The position numbers and the translations under genes are program-made. From NCBI GenBank assembly GCA_963796105.1, contig CAWCKJ010000004.1, positions 832,001-896,000 on the forward strand: a stretch of DNA of 64,000 nt, written 5' to 3'. The DNA comes from a candidate division FCPU426 bacterium. Its GTDB lineage: Bacteria > Oederibacteriota > Muellerivitia > Muellerivitales > Muellerivitaceae. The notes below the pieces were generated by a model. It was given only the letters and a program-made list of their open reading frames with translations, ran no database searches and was not told where the DNA came from. This document shows positions 1-9,388 of the stretch, piece by piece. How positions within the stretch are numbered: the first letter of the stretch is position 1; every line of letters begins with the position of its first letter.

Positions 1-442
1 GATACCACTACGACGTTTCCTTTTTCGCTCCAGAAGTGACGAAACGTTGCCTTCTTCTGACCGGGGTTATTGGGTCACGGCTTCCCCAACCGTGTTTATT
101 TTGCGGGGACATCAAGACTTCCCAAGTTCCTGGGGAACCCCCATGTGCACATGCCCTGCTCTACGACCGCGGTGGACTTGAGGACCCGGCCTTGCTTCGG
201 TCTCTCAGGTTTTGCCTTCCGTTCGTGGAACGACGTCGGCTTCCACAATTCCCTTTTCGAGGCTCAATCACACGGCCTGTGCACTCCCTGTTTACGCTTT
301 GCGGCAACAGTTACCCGTTGGCTCGCACAAAACTCGGTTCCGACTGCTGGCCAGCTTTGTCGGACAGGATTGTTTACCTGCTGGGTTCCATTACAAAGTT
401 TCAGTTATTTCACTTCCTCCTTGTCCAAGCTTCTTGGCGCAC
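1..442 (-). mobile_element. Group II intron (IIB-like), 5' portion; continues beyond the left edge, no RT ORF in window
   Basis: Minus strand starts GTGCGCC at 442 (GUGYG consensus). Domain-I-like motifs GGAACCGAG...AAAGCGTAAACAGGG...GTGATTGAGCCTCGAAA. EBS1 hairpin GCCGACGTCGT-TCCACGA-ACGGAAGGC (loop = revcomp of 223-229) is complementary to the last 7 exon nt TCGTGGA (revcomp of 443-449). Confidence 0.9.
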
Positions 443-476
443 TCCACGATGGGTCCCCTTCGCGGACAATAATTTT

Positions 477-989
477 CTATTTAAAAAGCTCTTTTAATGT
501 GTCAATTGCAGCAACTAATGAGTGCGAACCGCCCTCAAAGGGATGAAAACCGTACCGCAGGTAAAATTCCTCAGCCTTTTTGTTCTTAGCGTCCACAATC
601 ATGTACTTCGCGGCCACTGATTGAACGGCAGCAATGGACCTGCGGATAGCATCCATCAACAAAATCTCCCCCAACCCGGTTCTTTGCCATTTAAGGTCAA
701 CGGCAAGGCGGCCCAATCGCACCGCGGGAACCGGGTACCTCGGGAGGTTTTTTCGGTGGGATTCAGGAAGTGAACGCAATTCCACTTGAGCCATACTCAA
801 GGTGTGATAACCGGCGGCAACCGGATCTCCGCCGGCAGGCACGAGGACGTAAGTGCTGCCCAAACCATTGCGGTGGTTCTGTCCCGCGTATCTTTTCAGG
901 TAATCATTGAGTTCGAAAATGCCGCAGTCAAAAGACTGAAGTTCCGTCTTTTCCGCGATGGCTACAATCTTCCATTTCGGGCCTGGCAT
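477..989 (-). CDS. GNAT acetyltransferase toxin (AtaT/TacT/KacT-like), type II TA
   Basis: Motifs FDCG...LNDYLK, PRYPVPAVRLGRLAVD, GLGEILL, VDAKN...FY..YGF; directly downstream of a DUF1778-like gene. Confidence 0.9.
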   Translation of the reverse strand: MPGPKWKIVAIAEKTELQSFDCGIFELNDYLKRYAGQNHRNGLGSTYVLVPAGGDPVAAGYHTLSMAQVELRSLPESHRKNLPRYPVPAVRLGRLAVDLKWQRTGLGEILLMDAIRRSIAAVQSVAAKYMIVDAKNKKAEEFYLRYGFHPFEGGSHSLVAAIDTLKELFK

Positions 990-998
990 AAAAAGGGT

Positions 999-1286
999 TC
1001 AGGACATTTCTTTTTGGTAACGCCGCGCGGCCGCTTTAAGTTTTTCGTTCGGCATAGGAGGGGTTTCCAGGAGCCGCAGGAACAAGTCCACGTCTCGTTT
1101 GGCCGGAACATAGGTTTTAACCGGGATCGCGTCTTCCTGCGCCGCATGCAGGGATCTCGTCACGAGATAAGAACTAAGGCTCAAACCTTGGGCTTGAGCG
1201 GCTTTTTCCAGCAATCGCTTATCTTGGGGTCGCACCCTCAGTTCGATGCGTTCTTCTTTGGTTTTTAGAGCTTTTGACATGGTCAT
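999..1286 (-). CDS. DUF1778 / RHH antitoxin (AtaR/TacA-like)
   Basis: KEERIELRV...KRLLEKAA...GLSLSSY...PPMPNEKLKAAARRY. GGAGGG precedes the ATG at 1286; alternative start at 1280. Confidence 0.88.
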   Translation of the reverse strand: MTMSKALKTKEERIELRVRPQDKRLLEKAAQAQGLSLSSYLVTRSLHAAQEDAIPVKTYVPAKRDVDLFLRLLETPPMPNEKLKAAARRYQKEMS

Positions 1287-1307
1287 ACCCTCCGCTTTCA
1301 ATATACC

Positions 1308-1334
1308 ATATGTACGGTATTATTCCGTACATAT
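1308..1334. promoter_or_regulatory. Probable TA autoregulatory operator
   Basis: Perfect 10-bp inverted repeat ATATGTACGG-N7-CCGTACATAT about 20 bp upstream of the antitoxin start. Confidence 0.7.
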
Positions 1335-1493
1335 TAATGTGTTTTTCTTGTCCACGATCCCTGCATGAAGCCGGGGGCGGCAACGAACCATCGCTGCGGT
1401 GCGATGGTTTCCCAGCCGTAGACAATATCTCCGCACTCATTTTATTTAAAAAAAGCACGTGAATGCGTTTCCTTATAGCCCCTGGAAAATGTC

Positions 1494-2525
1494 TTAAAAC
1501 AGGGGAAGTTGGTCGGGGGAGACAGAGGCGAGGGATGAGCGTCTCTTACGAGGTTTTGGAGTAGCGGCCGCTGGAGCGACTGCCTCTTTAGATGCCGCGA
1601 CGGGCACAGCATCGGGCACTGGGGATTCAGCAACAACTGGTACGGCTTTGATTGGCGGGGCGGAAGCTTGAAGCTTGTTTTCCTTTGCCTCCTCTTTCCT
1701 CTTTTTCCGGTCCTCCACGGATTTCTTTCCCTCCGCGCAAAGGGGCAGGTACTCGCACCAGGGGCAAAGAGCGCTGGGCTTGGTCGGATAATCCTTGGCG
1801 CTTTCGACCGTCTTGATCTTGGAAACATATTTCTGCTTGAGCCACTCGATTTCCTTGCTGTTTCTTTCCCCCACCACTTGGTCTTCCTCGAAAGCCACGA
1901 AGTGCCAGATCAGCTTGATCTTCTCTTTCGGTCCGTAGCGGGGGTCATGTAAGAGGCCGATCTGGTAAAGGGCCAGCTGGTCCTCGTTCCTCGCGTCCTC
2001 GGCCCCCATCTTGCGGGAGCTGGTCTTGTAATCGTGGATCCAGAGGGTTCCGTCCGAATCCCGGCCCAGGCGGTCAATGTAGCCCTGCATCCTGTATTTG
2101 CGCTCGGGGTCCAGGTCGAAAAGCACCTTCTTCTCGATTCCCTCGGTCTTGTCCTGGTCGAAGGGGTGGTAACGGTGGTAATAGTTCTCCAGGAAAAGCT
2201 GTCCCTTTTGGAAATAATCCTCCGGGGTCTGTCCCTCCTGGATGATGCGGAGGGGCTCGGAGAACCCCTTGTCCTCCTGCTTGCGCAGGGACATTTTCCA
2301 CTGGCTTTCCCATTGGGCCTTGAATTGATCCAAGACCTCGTTCACGGTGGGGACGCGCTGGGGAACCAGCTCGTAAAGGAATTCCATGGCCTCATGGAAG
2401 CGGGACCCGAGGAAAAGCTCGATACCCTCCGGTACCGGAGAGGGGGTCTTGAGAAGATAGCGGTGTTGGAATTGGGAGGGACAGGTGAAGTAAGTATTAA
2501 TTCGCGAGTAGGAATAAACCGTCAT
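1494..2525 (-). CDS. PD-(D/E)XK nuclease, RecB/Cas4-like, with probable Fe-S cysteines
   Basis: SYSRINTYFTCP, LGSRFHEAME, GIE, GYIDRL, IHDYKT, QLALY and C-terminal CPWC-x5-C; low-complexity tail. Confidence 0.85.
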   Translation of the reverse strand: MTVYSYSRINTYFTCPSQFQHRYLLKTPSPVPEGIELFLGSRFHEAMEFLYELVPQRVPTVNEVLDQFKAQWESQWKMSLRKQEDKGFSEPLRIIQEGQTPEDYFQKGQLFLENYYHRYHPFDQDKTEGIEKKVLFDLDPERKYRMQGYIDRLGRDSDGTLWIHDYKTSSRKMGAEDARNEDQLALYQIGLLHDPRYGPKEKIKLIWHFVAFEEDQVVGERNSKEIEWLKQKYVSKIKTVESAKDYPTKPSALCPWCEYLPLCAEGKKSVEDRKKRKEEAKENKLQASAPPIKAVPVVAESPVPDAVPVAASKEAVAPAAATPKPRKRRSSLASVSPDQLPLF

Positions 2526-2581
2526 GCGGAAATTATAGAACAATTAATGAAAAATGAACAATGAACAATAGGTAACATCAT

Positions 2582-3052
2582 TCAGTTCAGTCGATGAATC
2601 AAGTGACAGATTCCGTCGGCGAGGTAGAGTTCCAGCCGGGCTTTCCGATCCGCCCATACATAGACTTTGCCGTCCCATCGCTGTTGGTAGGAAGGGGGCC
2701 AGAGTTTTTTAGTCCAGTATTCCTGGAGCTCCTTTTCCTTGGATTCGGTCATGCTGGAATGGTAGCGCCACTCCGCCTGTTCCAGGATCTTGGTCTTAGA
2801 GTTGAAATATAAAAAAAAGGCGGTGACAGAAGGGTCCCGGCTGACTCCCCGGCAGGCGATGAGACGGTCCGAGCTGAGGGCCGGGTCCACCTGCAAAGCC
2901 TTGGCGGAATAGAGGAACCATTGCTGTTTGACGTCCTCCATGTTTTGGCCCAGGGTCAGGTCTTCCACGACCTGGAGCTTGGCGATTCCCCGGTCCGTCA
3001 TGTTGCAGCCCATCAGGAAAACCAAAAGACATAAGGATGAAAACCAGCGCAT
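2582..3052 (-). CDS. Hypothetical lipoprotein
   Basis: Start MRWFSSLCLLVFLMGC has a lipobox-like signal; the longer ORF extension is probably spurious. Confidence 0.6.
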   Translation of the reverse strand: MRWFSSLCLLVFLMGCNMTDRGIAKLQVVEDLTLGQNMEDVKQQWFLYSAKALQVDPALSSDRLIACRGVSRDPSVTAFFLYFNSKTKILEQAEWRYHSSMTESKEKELQEYWTKKLWPPSYQQRWDGKVYVWADRKARLELYLADGICHLIHRLN

Positions 3053-3161
3053 TCCCGCCCCTTTTGGAAATAAGTTTCGCTCTATCCGCCTTCGCCCGTT
3101 CTGCTCCATGATGTACCTGAATGCCTTTTTTTCCAAGAGCGTGTTTGGTACATTATCGACC

Positions 3162-4895
3162 ATGCCTCCCTTAAACCCCCATCAATTGCCCCATGAGTTT
3201 CCGCGCCAATATATCCCCGCTTCCGCGGCGCTTGGGAATTGGCCTTCCGTGGAGCCTTTTTTCCAGGAATTGGAGAAACGCGAAATTACCTCCAAGGCCG
3301 GCCTGGAAAAATGGCTGAGAGACCTGGGAGAGTTGGAGAATGTCCTGGATGAGGAGGGCACCCTTCGCTACGTGCGAATGACCTGCGAGACAGAGGACCC
3401 GGAAATCGAGAAAAGATTCCTTGAGTTCCTGGAGCAGGTCTCGGAACCCTCCAAATCGAGGTTTTTCGCCCTCCTCAAGAAATATTGGAACTGCCCTTTC
3501 CGCCCAGAGATGCCGCAAGATGAGTTTTTCCTCTTCAACCGTTCCGTGGAAAACCAACTGGCCCTTTACCGGGAGGAAAATATCCCCCTGGAAACCGAGC
3601 TGGAGAAACTTTCCCAGCAATACCAAAAACTAAGCGGTTCCCTGATGGTCTCCTACGAGGGCAAGGAGCAAACCCTCCAGCAAATGGGGAAATACCAGGA
3701 ATCCACCGACCGGAACCAACGGGAGGAAACCTGGAGGCTGGTCGCGGGGCGTCGTCTTAAAGAAAAGGACGCCTTCGAGGCCCTCTTCGACCAGATGCTG
3801 GGCCTTCGGGTGAAGGCGGCGGGGAACGCCGGTTTCGAGAATTACCGGGATTACACTTTCCGCCGGAAGGAACGCTTCGATTACGGTCCCAAGGATTGCG
3901 AGGCATTCCACGAAAGCGCGGAAAAAATCGTCAAACCCCTGGTATCTAAAATACAGCGAAAACGCGCCGAGAAAATGGGGTTGGCTTCCTTGCGGCCCTG
4001 GGACTTGTCCGTGGACCCGGACGGCTTGGCGGCCTTGAGGCCCTTTGAGACCCCGCAAAAGCTCGCGGACGGCTGTGAGAAAATATTGGGGAAAGTGGAC
4101 CAAGAATTCCAAAAGACATTCAAGGCCATGAGGGAATTGGGCCTGCTGGACCTGGAATCCCGCAAGGGCAAGGCCCCCGGAGGTTACAACACCACACTCT
4201 CTGAGACGCGCCTCCCCTTCATCTTCACCAACGCGGTCGGGCTGGACCAGGACGTTCGCACCCTATTGCACGAGAGCGGCCACGCCATGCACGGTTTCGC
4301 CTCCAGGACCATACCCTTCTCGCCCTACCGGAGCGCCCCCATCGAGTTCTGCGAAGTGGCCTCCATGAGCATGGAGCTGTTGGGCGATCCTTTCATGCGG
4401 GAATTTTATCCGGACCCCAGGCAAGCGGCTCGCTCCAACCTTCGCCACCTAGAAAGCGTGGTGGCCATTATTCCCTGGATCGCCACCGTGGACGCATTCC
4501 AGCATTGGATCTACACGCATCCGGGCCACAGCCGGGAGGATAGAACCAGCGCCTGGACCGGCCTCCTGGACCGCTTCGGGGGTATCGAGGATTGGAAAGG
4601 CCTTGAGGAAATCCGCGCCTTCACCTGGCACCGCCAGCTTCATATCTTCGAGCTTCCCTTTTATTACATCGAGTACGCCATCGCCCAGCTGGGCGCCTTG
4701 CAGGTCTGGATGAATTTCAGGAAAGACCCGAAGGAAGCCGTGCGGCTTTACAAGCGGGGACTTTCCGTGGGCGGGAGCCAAACCTTGCCGGAGATTTTCA
4801 AATCGGCGGGAATCCTCTTTGATTTCAGCCCAAGGATGATCGAGCCTCTCATGGCCGAGGTGGAAAAGGAACTGGGAAGGTTAGATAAACTTTGA
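3162..4895 (+). CDS. M3 family oligoendopeptidase (PepF-like)
   Basis: HESGH zinc motif, RKGKAPGGY, EVASMSMEL, FYYIEYAIAQLGA. Start taken at MPPLNP. Confidence 0.9.
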   Translation: MPPLNPHQLPHEFPRQYIPASAALGNWPSVEPFFQELEKREITSKAGLEKWLRDLGELENVLDEEGTLRYVRMTCETEDPEIEKRFLEFLEQVSEPSKSRFFALLKKYWNCPFRPEMPQDEFFLFNRSVENQLALYREENIPLETELEKLSQQYQKLSGSLMVSYEGKEQTLQQMGKYQESTDRNQREETWRLVAGRRLKEKDAFEALFDQMLGLRVKAAGNAGFENYRDYTFRRKERFDYGPKDCEAFHESAEKIVKPLVSKIQRKRAEKMGLASLRPWDLSVDPDGLAALRPFETPQKLADGCEKILGKVDQEFQKTFKAMRELGLLDLESRKGKAPGGYNTTLSETRLPFIFTNAVGLDQDVRTLLHESGHAMHGFASRTIPFSPYRSAPIEFCEVASMSMELLGDPFMREFYPDPRQAARSNLRHLESVVAIIPWIATVDAFQHWIYTHPGHSREDRTSAWTGLLDRFGGIEDWKGLEEIRAFTWHRQLHIFELPFYYIEYAIAQLGALQVWMNFRKDPKEAVRLYKRGLSVGGSQTLPEIFKSAGILFDFSPRMIEPLMAEVEKELGRLDKL

Positions 4896-4913
4896 AATAA
4901 AAATATTTACAAG

Positions 4914-5064
4914 TGTCATTGCGAGGAATGCCCCGTAAATAGCGGGGCGATTATGACGAAGCAACCCCAGTATAATTAGACCGTTGCCAAGAGTCCGAAA
5001 TCAATGCTTCAATCACCCATAAGCTGAGGTTGCTTCGCCACATAAACCACGGCTCGCAATGACA
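4914..5064. repeat. REP-like palindromic element (GTCATTGCGAG...GAAGCAA type) between convergent genes
   Basis: TGTCATTGCGAG (4914) pairs with CTCGCAATGACA (5053-5064); internal CGAAGCAACC/GGTTGCTTCG. A half copy lies at 61742-61795. Confidence 0.75.
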
Positions 5065-5066
5065 AC

Positions 5067-5840
5067 CTAGTTAAATTTCCATTCCAAGCTCAGTTGTCCG
5101 GGCAAGGCCGAGACCGAGAAGTCCTTGGGCTTGTAAACCACGCAGTTCCCGATCAGAAATCCCAAGGTCGCTCCCGCGGTCACATCCGACAAATAATGGT
5201 AGTAACCCTCCACGCGGGCCAAGCCCGTCACCACCCCGAAAAGGTAGGCGGGAACCCCTGCCTCCCACCCGAAGTATTTCGTCACCACCGGCGCGAAACA
5301 AAAGGCAGTAATGGTGTGGCCGGAGGGGAAGGAATAGGAGCCCCCGTCGGGTCGGGTCCGATCGACGGAGTACTTGATCCCCGTCACCAGGACGGTGGAT
5401 AACAACAGAGACTCGGACGCGTCCCGCCCGAATTCCCGCATTCTTTTATCGTCGGTCACCGCGCCCAGGGACCATGCGCCTAGCGCGCTTCCTCCCTCCA
5501 CCCACCCAGCTCCGTAGAAATCGCCGAAGTCGAATAGGGGTTGGGCTTTCCAGCCTTTCAAGTCTGAGGCAAGGCGGTTCTCCCCGTCCAAGGTCCCCCA
5601 ATCCACGGCTGTGGCAAGCCCCCCAATCATCACGGGAAAAAAATTATACCGGTCCAAAAGATGGGGAAGGTCATCCAGGATCTTGGTGGGCAAGTGAACG
5701 AGTGATGTATCCGGGTCCGGGGACATCCAAACCTCATCCGAATGGGCTTTCAAGGAGCCGAAAAGGAATAAAAAAAGAAAGAATAACAGTCTTGGGAGAA
5801 TCAGGAGAAGCCGTGGACCCGGGGTTGAACTTTGATCCAA
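5067..5840 (-). CDS. PAP2 superfamily phosphatase
   Basis: K..V.R.RP, SFPSGH and ARV....HYLSDV motifs. Start uncertain; TTG at 5840 chosen because the longer ORF overlaps the upstream gene. Confidence 0.8.
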   Translation of the reverse strand: MDQSSTPGPRLLLILPRLLFFLFLFLFGSLKAHSDEVWMSPDPDTSLVHLPTKILDDLPHLLDRYNFFPVMIGGLATAVDWGTLDGENRLASDLKGWKAQPLFDFGDFYGAGWVEGGSALGAWSLGAVTDDKRMREFGRDASESLLLSTVLVTGIKYSVDRTRPDGGSYSFPSGHTITAFCFAPVVTKYFGWEAGVPAYLFGVVTGLARVEGYYHYLSDVTAGATLGFLIGNCVVYKPKDFSVSALPGQLSLEWKFN

Positions 5841-5845
5841 ACCCT

Positions 5846-6535
5846 TCAACAAATCTGGTCGTCTTGGGTTTCGGGAATGGGCCGGTACTTCTGGTAAAGC
5901 CAAAAACCAATGCCGATGCCCAAAAGGATGAAGAAGGCGGAAACTTTTCCCTCCCCGATTTGGGCGATGGCCGAGGCGGGACAGGTTCCCGCCAAGACCC
6001 AGCCTACCCCGAAAAGGAAAGCCCCTATCAGGCGTTTGGAATTCCACTTCAGCGACTTCAAAACCGGGGCTTTCCCGGTCCGGCTGGGGGGAAGCAAATA
6101 GCTGATCAGGGCGACGAGGGATAACGACAGGACGAAAGCCCCAGTCTGGGGCCAGAAATGAAACAGGAGATAGATGATGACCATATAAACAACCGTGGCG
6201 AAGACATACTTCGCGGGGGACAAAGCGGGAACTTTCTTGGGTAGGAAGTAAAGGCCCAGGAGGATCACCGCCACCGCCATGAGAATAACGCCGCATAGGC
6301 TTAACGACGCCAGGTGCCAGGAATCCAGGTGATGCCAAGCGCCGTTCATGAACGAGTCAGTGCGGAGTTCCCTGAGAAGGAACATGTCCGTGACCGAGTC
6401 GCAATTGGTGAATTCCGCCTTGGATAGGAAGTACCCGAAAAGGATTCCCAGGCCCAGGTAAGCCCCTTTTCCATCAATGAATTTTTTCTTGCTGGTTGAT
6501 GCTTTTCTCCGCAGGGTTGTATTTAGTTTTGCCAT
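5846..6535 (-). CDS. YeeE/YedE (DUF6691-like) sulfur-compound transporter subunit
   Basis: GILFGYFLSKA...MF at the N-terminus and LIGAFLFGVGWVLAGTCP; hydrophobic. Confidence 0.75.
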   Translation of the reverse strand: MAKLNTTLRRKASTSKKKFIDGKGAYLGLGILFGYFLSKAEFTNCDSVTDMFLLRELRTDSFMNGAWHHLDSWHLASLSLCGVILMAVAVILLGLYFLPKKVPALSPAKYVFATVVYMVIIYLLFHFWPQTGAFVLSLSLVALISYLLPPSRTGKAPVLKSLKWNSKRLIGAFLFGVGWVLAGTCPASAIAQIGEGKVSAFFILLGIGIGFWLYQKYRPIPETQDDQIC

Positions 6536-6536
6536 G

Positions 6537-7178
6537 TTAAAACACCTTTATGAAAGAAAATAAAAAATTGGCGAATAATATTCCTGCCACGAGAAGAGCC
6601 GCCGTGGAAAGAACGGTCATTTTATTTCCCTGGGCCAAGCCAAAGAGGTTGGTCCAGATCGAGCCCCCCGCCCAGCGGGCGCCGAAGCCCACCAACGCGC
6701 CGGCTATGAGCAGGATGGGGATCTTCATCAAGGGCAAACCGTAGGTTAACCCGTCCAGCCGCCCGAAAAGCCATGTCCAATTCCAATGGCCCGCGTTGGC
6801 GATGAAAGCTCCGATAGGAAGCCCCAGGATCAGCCAGAATTGCCAGCGGTCCTTGAGTGGAGTGGATTCCATCCAGGAAGCCAACAGAAGAATGGAAGCG
6901 ATGATGAGCAGGAAGAATAATAGGCCGAGCCATTCATTGTTGATATAAGCGGAAATGAGCCCCGTCAGGGTTGTAACCGCCAAAACCAGGAGGAACAACG
7001 TTAATTTGGGAGAGGTTGGATTGGCTTTCAACGCCAACCGAACATCCTCATAACCGCCGACAGCTCCCAACCGCCTTCCGGTCAGCCAATACAGGATCAA
7101 AGCGGTGCATCCGATACCCAACCCCGCGGCCCACCAATACCAGGGGTTGATAAATAGAACCCTAAGAATCATCACCAC
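6537..7178 (-). CDS. YeeE/YedE family membrane protein
   Basis: WYWWAAGLGIG...GRRLG, GLPIGAF, GALVGFGARWAGG; paired with a second YeeE-like gene. Confidence 0.75.
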   Translation of the reverse strand: MVMILRVLFINPWYWWAAGLGIGCTALILYWLTGRRLGAVGGYEDVRLALKANPTSPKLTLFLLVLAVTTLTGLISAYINNEWLGLLFFLLIIASILLLASWMESTPLKDRWQFWLILGLPIGAFIANAGHWNWTWLFGRLDGLTYGLPLMKIPILLIAGALVGFGARWAGGSIWTNLFGLAQGNKMTVLSTAALLVAGILFANFLFSFIKVF

Positions 7179-7413
7179 GATCGCCCTCCGTAGCTTTTTT
7201 CTGGCCCATATACTAAATCAAAAAAGGCCCCAGATAAACAAAGATTGGATATGGTTTTTCAGGTGATTTAACCAATCTATTTGAATTCAAACACCCCATA
7301 AAAGTATCCAAAACAAGCACAGTAACTAACAAAATAATAACTCAACATTAGGTCTGGTTCGTTCCCCTCTTAAGAAACAGGTTTAATACCTTGAAATTTA
7401 AGGTTTTTCCTAA

Positions 7414-7447
7414 CTGGGCCACTGTGGTTCCAACGGAACCTGCGGTG
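7414..7447 (-). repeat. CACCRCAG-hairpin-CACAG dispersed repeat copy
   Basis: Revcomp CACCGCAGGTTCCGTTGGAACCACAGTGGCCCAG resembles 9746-9779. Confidence 0.6.
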
Positions 7448-7470
7448 AATATGTTCTTTTGAGTTTTAAA

Positions 7471-8391
7471 TCAATCAAAAGAGCCGAATTTACGCCCGGT
7501 GATGCGCTCGTAGGCATCCACATATTTTTCGCGGGTTTTCAGGACGATTTCCTCCGGCAAGACCGGGCCCGGCGGGGTCTTGTTCCAATCCTTCAGGGTT
7601 TCCAAGTAATCCCTCACGAATTGCTTGTCGAAACTCTTTTGGGACACCCCTTCCTTGTAATCCGTCTTGGCCCAGAACCTGGAGGAATCGGGCGTCATCA
7701 CTTCGTCGATCAGGATGAGCTCCCCGTTCCCGAGCAAGCCGAACTCGAATTTGGTGTCGGCGATGATGATGCCCCTGTCGGCCGCCACTTCCCTTCCGCG
7801 CTCATAGAGGGCGATGCTGGTAGCTTTCACCTTTTCAGCCAAAGCTGCGTCCTTCAGAACTTCCTTCATTTTCTCGAAGGAAATATTGAGGTCGTGGCCC
7901 TCCTCCGCCTTCGTGGAGGGGGTGAAGATGGGCTTGGAAATGCGGGAGGATTCCACCAGGCCCTTGGGGAGATCGATGCCGCAGACCTTTCCGGTCTTTT
8001 GGTAATCCTTCAGGCCCGATCCTGTCAGGTAGCCTCTCACGATGCATTCCGCCGCGAGGGGCTTGGCCTTCTTGACGATCATGGAGCGGTTCACCAGCTG
8101 GTCCTTGGCCTTCCGGAACGGCTCGGGAAGGGTGGAGACATCGGTGGAAAGGATATGGTTGGGGATGATCTTTTCCACCTGCTTGAACCAATAGAGGGAG
8201 ATCTGGTTCAAGACCACTCCCTTGTCCGGGATGCCGTTAGGCATGATCACGTCGAAGGCCGAGATGCGGTCGGTGACGACGATAAGCAGTTTGTCGCCCA
8301 GGTCGTAGATGTCGCGGACCTTCCCCCGCTTGGGGGCGGGAACGCCCGGAATGTTGGTTTGAAGCACGACAGGGGATTGGGAGCCGGCCAT
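7471..8391 (-). CDS. purC: SAICAR synthetase
   Basis: [52 protein letters not shown]. Confidence 0.95.
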   Translation of the reverse strand: MAGSQSPVVLQTNIPGVPAPKRGKVRDIYDLGDKLLIVVTDRISAFDVIMPNGIPDKGVVLNQISLYWFKQVEKIIPNHILSTDVSTLPEPFRKAKDQLVNRSMIVKKAKPLAAECIVRGYLTGSGLKDYQKTGKVCGIDLPKGLVESSRISKPIFTPSTKAEEGHDLNISFEKMKEVLKDAALAEKVKATSIALYERGREVAADRGIIIADTKFEFGLLGNGELILIDEVMTPDSSRFWAKTDYKEGVSQKSFDKQFVRDYLETLKDWNKTPPGPVLPEEIVLKTREKYVDAYERITGRKFGSFD

Positions 8392-8393
8392 AG

Positions 8394-9362
8394 TCAACTC
8401 TCCTGTGATATGTTTTTTTGAAGCCACTTCACGTATTGCGCCACGCCGTCTTCGATGGAATGGAAGGGATCCTGGTATCCGGCTTTCCGCATCTTGCCCA
8501 TGTCCGCCTGGGTGAAGTACTGGTAGCCGGCCCGGAATTTCTCGGGGGTGTCCACCCACTCGATTTTCTGCTCCAAACCGAGGGACTTGAAGATGGCCTT
8601 GGACAAATCCAGGAAAGTGCGGGCCTGGCCCGTGCCGCAGTTGTAAATGCCGGATGCCGGTTTCTTCTGAAGGCAGAAGAGGCACAGCTTCACGATGTCC
8701 TCCACGAAGACGAAGTCGCGCTTCTGCTCCCCATCCTTGATGCCTTCCTTGTGGGAGCGGAACAGGGTCATCTTTCCTGTTTTCCGGATCTCGCGAAACC
8801 CGTGGAAGATGGAGGAGGCCATCCGGCCCTTGTGGTTCTCGTCAAAGCCGTAAACGTTGAAAAATTTCAGGCCCCACCAATGGGACGGGCTGGATTTCTG
8901 CCCCAGGGCCCATAGGTCGAACTCATGCTTGCTTTGGCCGTATGTGTTCAGGGGCTTGTAGCGGGGGATGTCCTTGTGGTCGTCGGAATAGCCTTCCTCG
9001 CCCTTGCCGTAGGTGGCCCCGCTGGAGGCGTAAAGCAGGGGGATCTTCTTTTCCGAGCACCAATTCCAAAGGGCCTTGGTGTAATCGGTGTTCATCTTCC
9101 ACATGTAGTCATGGTCGTGATTGCCCGTGTCGGTGCAGGCCCCCAGGTGGAGAACCGCCTCCACGCCTTTCAGGGAGGAAAGCCCCTCCAGGAACTTGGA
9201 CCGGTCCATGAAGGGAATCTTCTCCAGGCCTTTGGCGCAGGAACGGGTCGAGAGATAAGCGGGGTGATCCACCAGAACCAGGTCCTTGCGGCCCTGATCC
9301 ATCAGGGCGCGGGCCAGCCTGCTCCCGATAAACCCATAGGCTCCAGTCAATACCAGGCTCAT
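8394..9362 (-). CDS. hldD: ADP-L-glycero-D-manno-heptose 6-epimerase
   Basis: [65 protein letters not shown]. Confidence 0.93.
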   Translation of the reverse strand: MSLVLTGAYGFIGSRLARALMDQGRKDLVLVDHPAYLSTRSCAKGLEKIPFMDRSKFLEGLSSLKGVEAVLHLGACTDTGNHDHDYMWKMNTDYTKALWNWCSEKKIPLLYASSGATYGKGEEGYSDDHKDIPRYKPLNTYGQSKHEFDLWALGQKSSPSHWWGLKFFNVYGFDENHKGRMASSIFHGFREIRKTGKMTLFRSHKEGIKDGEQKRDFVFVEDIVKLCLFCLQKKPASGIYNCGTGQARTFLDLSKAIFKSLGLEQKIEWVDTPEKFRAGYQYFTQADMGKMRKAGYQDPFHSIEDGVAQYVKWLQKNISQES

Positions 9363-9388
9363 TAGAGAAGAATTCCTTTCAGGAACAA

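Noticed and set aside
36..546. Plus-strand ORFs at the window start
   Set aside because: They are antisense to the group II intron RNA and show no protein motifs.
5841..6338. Long N-terminal extension of the PAP2 ORF
   Set aside because: It overlaps the YeeE gene in another frame and does not look protein-like.
8392..8685. Extension of purC, suggesting an hldD-purC fusion or frameshift
   Set aside because: hldD ends normally, and purC has its own AGGAG plus ATG at 8391.
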